From Chloroflexota bacterium (lineage in GTDB: Bacteria; Chloroflexota; Dormibacteria; Dormibacterales; Dormibacteraceae): a stretch of DNA of 62,332 nucleotides. The notes beneath the pieces were generated by a model. That model did not search any database and was not told where the DNA came from. It was given only the letters and a program-made list of their open reading frames with translations. The translations under genes and the position numbers were made by a program. Positions 61,299 to 62,332 of the stretch are shown piece by piece (position 1 is the stretch's first letter; the number at the start of each line of letters is the position of its first letter). Location: positions 1 through 62,332 of the forward strand of contig VBHX01000184.1 of NCBI GenBank assembly GCA_005879945.1, written 5' to 3'.

Positions 61299-61768
61299 TT
61301 AGGCTCTAAGAGCCCGTCGCGTAAACGAACGGCACCGCGGTAACGACCAACCGGATCTCGACGTCGTCTCCACGCGATAGCTCGCCGTCCTGACGCGCCG
61401 GTCGCCGCGCATCTGCTGAGCCGGCGTGGCGTTGCCAAGGTCGACCTCCACACCCGGCCCGTGGACGGCCGTCAGCCCCGCGTGAGCGCGGAGGTCCGCG
61501 ACCTGGTTTTTGAGCGCCTGGGTGGTGGCCGATTGCTGGGCAGCCGCGCCCTCCATGGCGTCGATGTCCGTCCGCAGGGTGGCGATCTGGGCGCGCGATG
61601 CCTGGGTGGCCTTCTCGAGGTCCTGAACGCTCCGGACCAGCGCCTGGTAGCGGGCGACCTGGTTCGAGGGAGTCAGGAGTCGGGCTTAACCTGGCTGGCG
61701 ACCAAAAACCCGGTCGCCATTGCGACCGCCGCCACCACCAGAATGCCGAAGATCCGGCTGCGCGTCAT
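61299..61768 (-). pseudogene. DUF881-family (cell-division-associated membrane protein) remnant, frameshifted after the TM segment and lacking the C-terminal domain
   Basis: The TM start MTRSRIFGILVVAAVAMATGFLVASQVKPDS* runs 61768..61673. In another frame it continues ...LLTPSNQVARYQALVRSVQDLEKATQASRAQIATLRTDIDAMEG...LRAHAGLTAVHGPGVEVDLGN, the DUF881 hallmark. It then ends after 37 non-conserved codons. Confidence 0.65.
61306..61326. repeat. 21-bp perfect direct repeat, copy 2 (inside the 3' end of the DUF881 remnant, antisense)
   Basis: Exact match to 61111..61131. Confidence 0.9.
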
Positions 61769-61844
61769 GACGCAAATTCTCGTCGAGTTTTTAGGCCGGG
61801 AATCGGGCGTTTCCTCGCCATCGCCGGAGTAGTATCGAAATTCG

Positions 61845-62332
61845 CATGGCGGTCGAAGTACGCGCATCCGCCTTCCAGACCGCCCAGCGTCGGTTCGACG
61901 CGGCGGCCGACGTGATCGGCCTTTCGGACGACACCCGCCGAGGTCTGCGCGAGGTCAAGCGCGAGCTCACGGTCCACTTCCCGGTCCGCATGGACGACGG
62001 GTCGGTGCACGTGTTCACAGGCTGGCGGGTGCAGCACAACATCAGTCGGGGGCCGGCCAAGGGCGGGATCCGTTACCACCCGGACATCGACCTCGACCTG
62101 GTCAAAGCCCTCGCGATGCTGATGACCTGGAAGTGCGCGGCCGTGGGTCTCCCGTACGGCGGCTCCAAGGGCGCCGTCGCGGTCAATCCCGCCAAGCTTT
62201 CGATGAACGAGCTCGAGCATCCCACCCGCCGCTACGCGACCGAGATCGCGATCCTGATCGGCCCCGAGAAAGACATCCCGGCCCCGGACATGGGCACGAA
62301 CCCGCAGGTGATGGCCTGGATCATGGACACGA
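61845..62332 (+). CDS. Glu/Leu/Phe/Val-family (glutamate) dehydrogenase, 3'-truncated by the window edge
   Basis: ATG at 61845. ...[55 protein letters not shown]... (catalytic K in GGSKG). The frame is open to the end of the window and is not in the ORF track because it has no stop. Confidence 0.9.

Noticed and set aside
1-62332. CRISPR arrays, rRNA and tRNA genes, prophage or integron structures.
   Set aside because: No short regularly spaced direct repeats, no rRNA-like low-coding stretches, no cloverleaf candidates in the intergenic regions I read, and no phage structural or integrase genes other than the IS481 transposase.

Overview
High-GC bacterial chromosomal segment of 62.3 kb, densely coding on both strands with about 60 genes. 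The protein repertoire looks like a Terrabacteria-type lineage (Actinomycetota, Chloroflexota or similar), but I cannot assign taxonomy from sequence alone. I found no rRNA, tRNA or CRISPR array.

Most of the window is housekeeping or accessory metabolism:
- Cell wall, transcription and signalling: PBP1A, GreA, two paralogous ECF sigma factors, and a NarL-type two-component system next to a GAF-GGDEF cyclase.
- Metabolism: ilvE, a fumarase/aspartase-family lyase, Ppx/GppA, acyl-CoA ligase, threonine-dehydratase-like PLP enzyme, amidohydrolase, glutamate dehydrogenase.
- Transport: two CDF metal exporters, an RCK K+ channel, an ABC-2 exporter, LysE.
- Secreted peptidases: two S53 sedolisin peptidases.

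The most interesting structures are:
1. A translationally coupled envelope operon (12.2-19.8 kb). It is built around a 1190-aa GT2::polytopic(GT-C-like)::C-terminal-domain fusion, with a B12-radical-SAM enzyme, DoxX, a Zn-ribbon methyltransferase and an NTase-fold protein.
2. A chain of six genes with 1- or 4-nt start/stop overlaps at every junction (26.3-33.2 kb), with a fumarase-family gene 15 nt upstream. It ends in an S53 peptidase, a double-Zn-ribbon PrsW-like protein that seems to lack the catalytic motifs, and a Zn-ribbon membrane protein.
3. An orphan TadE-TadE-giant-TadG-like pseudopilin cluster next to an MrfA/MrfB-like helicase-exonuclease pair.
4. An intact IS481-family element with a 6-bp ACTAGC target duplication, inserted into a CTAG shared by two convergent stop codons.
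5. A PhaR plus histone-tailed phasin-like pair with no PHA synthase in the window.
6. A perfect tandem pair of 237-aa membrane paralogues.

The window also carries several reading-frame lesions: an internal deletion plus frameshift in pruA, a frameshift in the cysS 3' end, and a frameshifted and truncated DUF881 gene. In three further genes the conserved N-terminus has no ATG/GTG/TTG start. This points to assembly indels, genome decay or non-canonical initiation. All calls come from reading the translations and DNA by eye; no database search was run.
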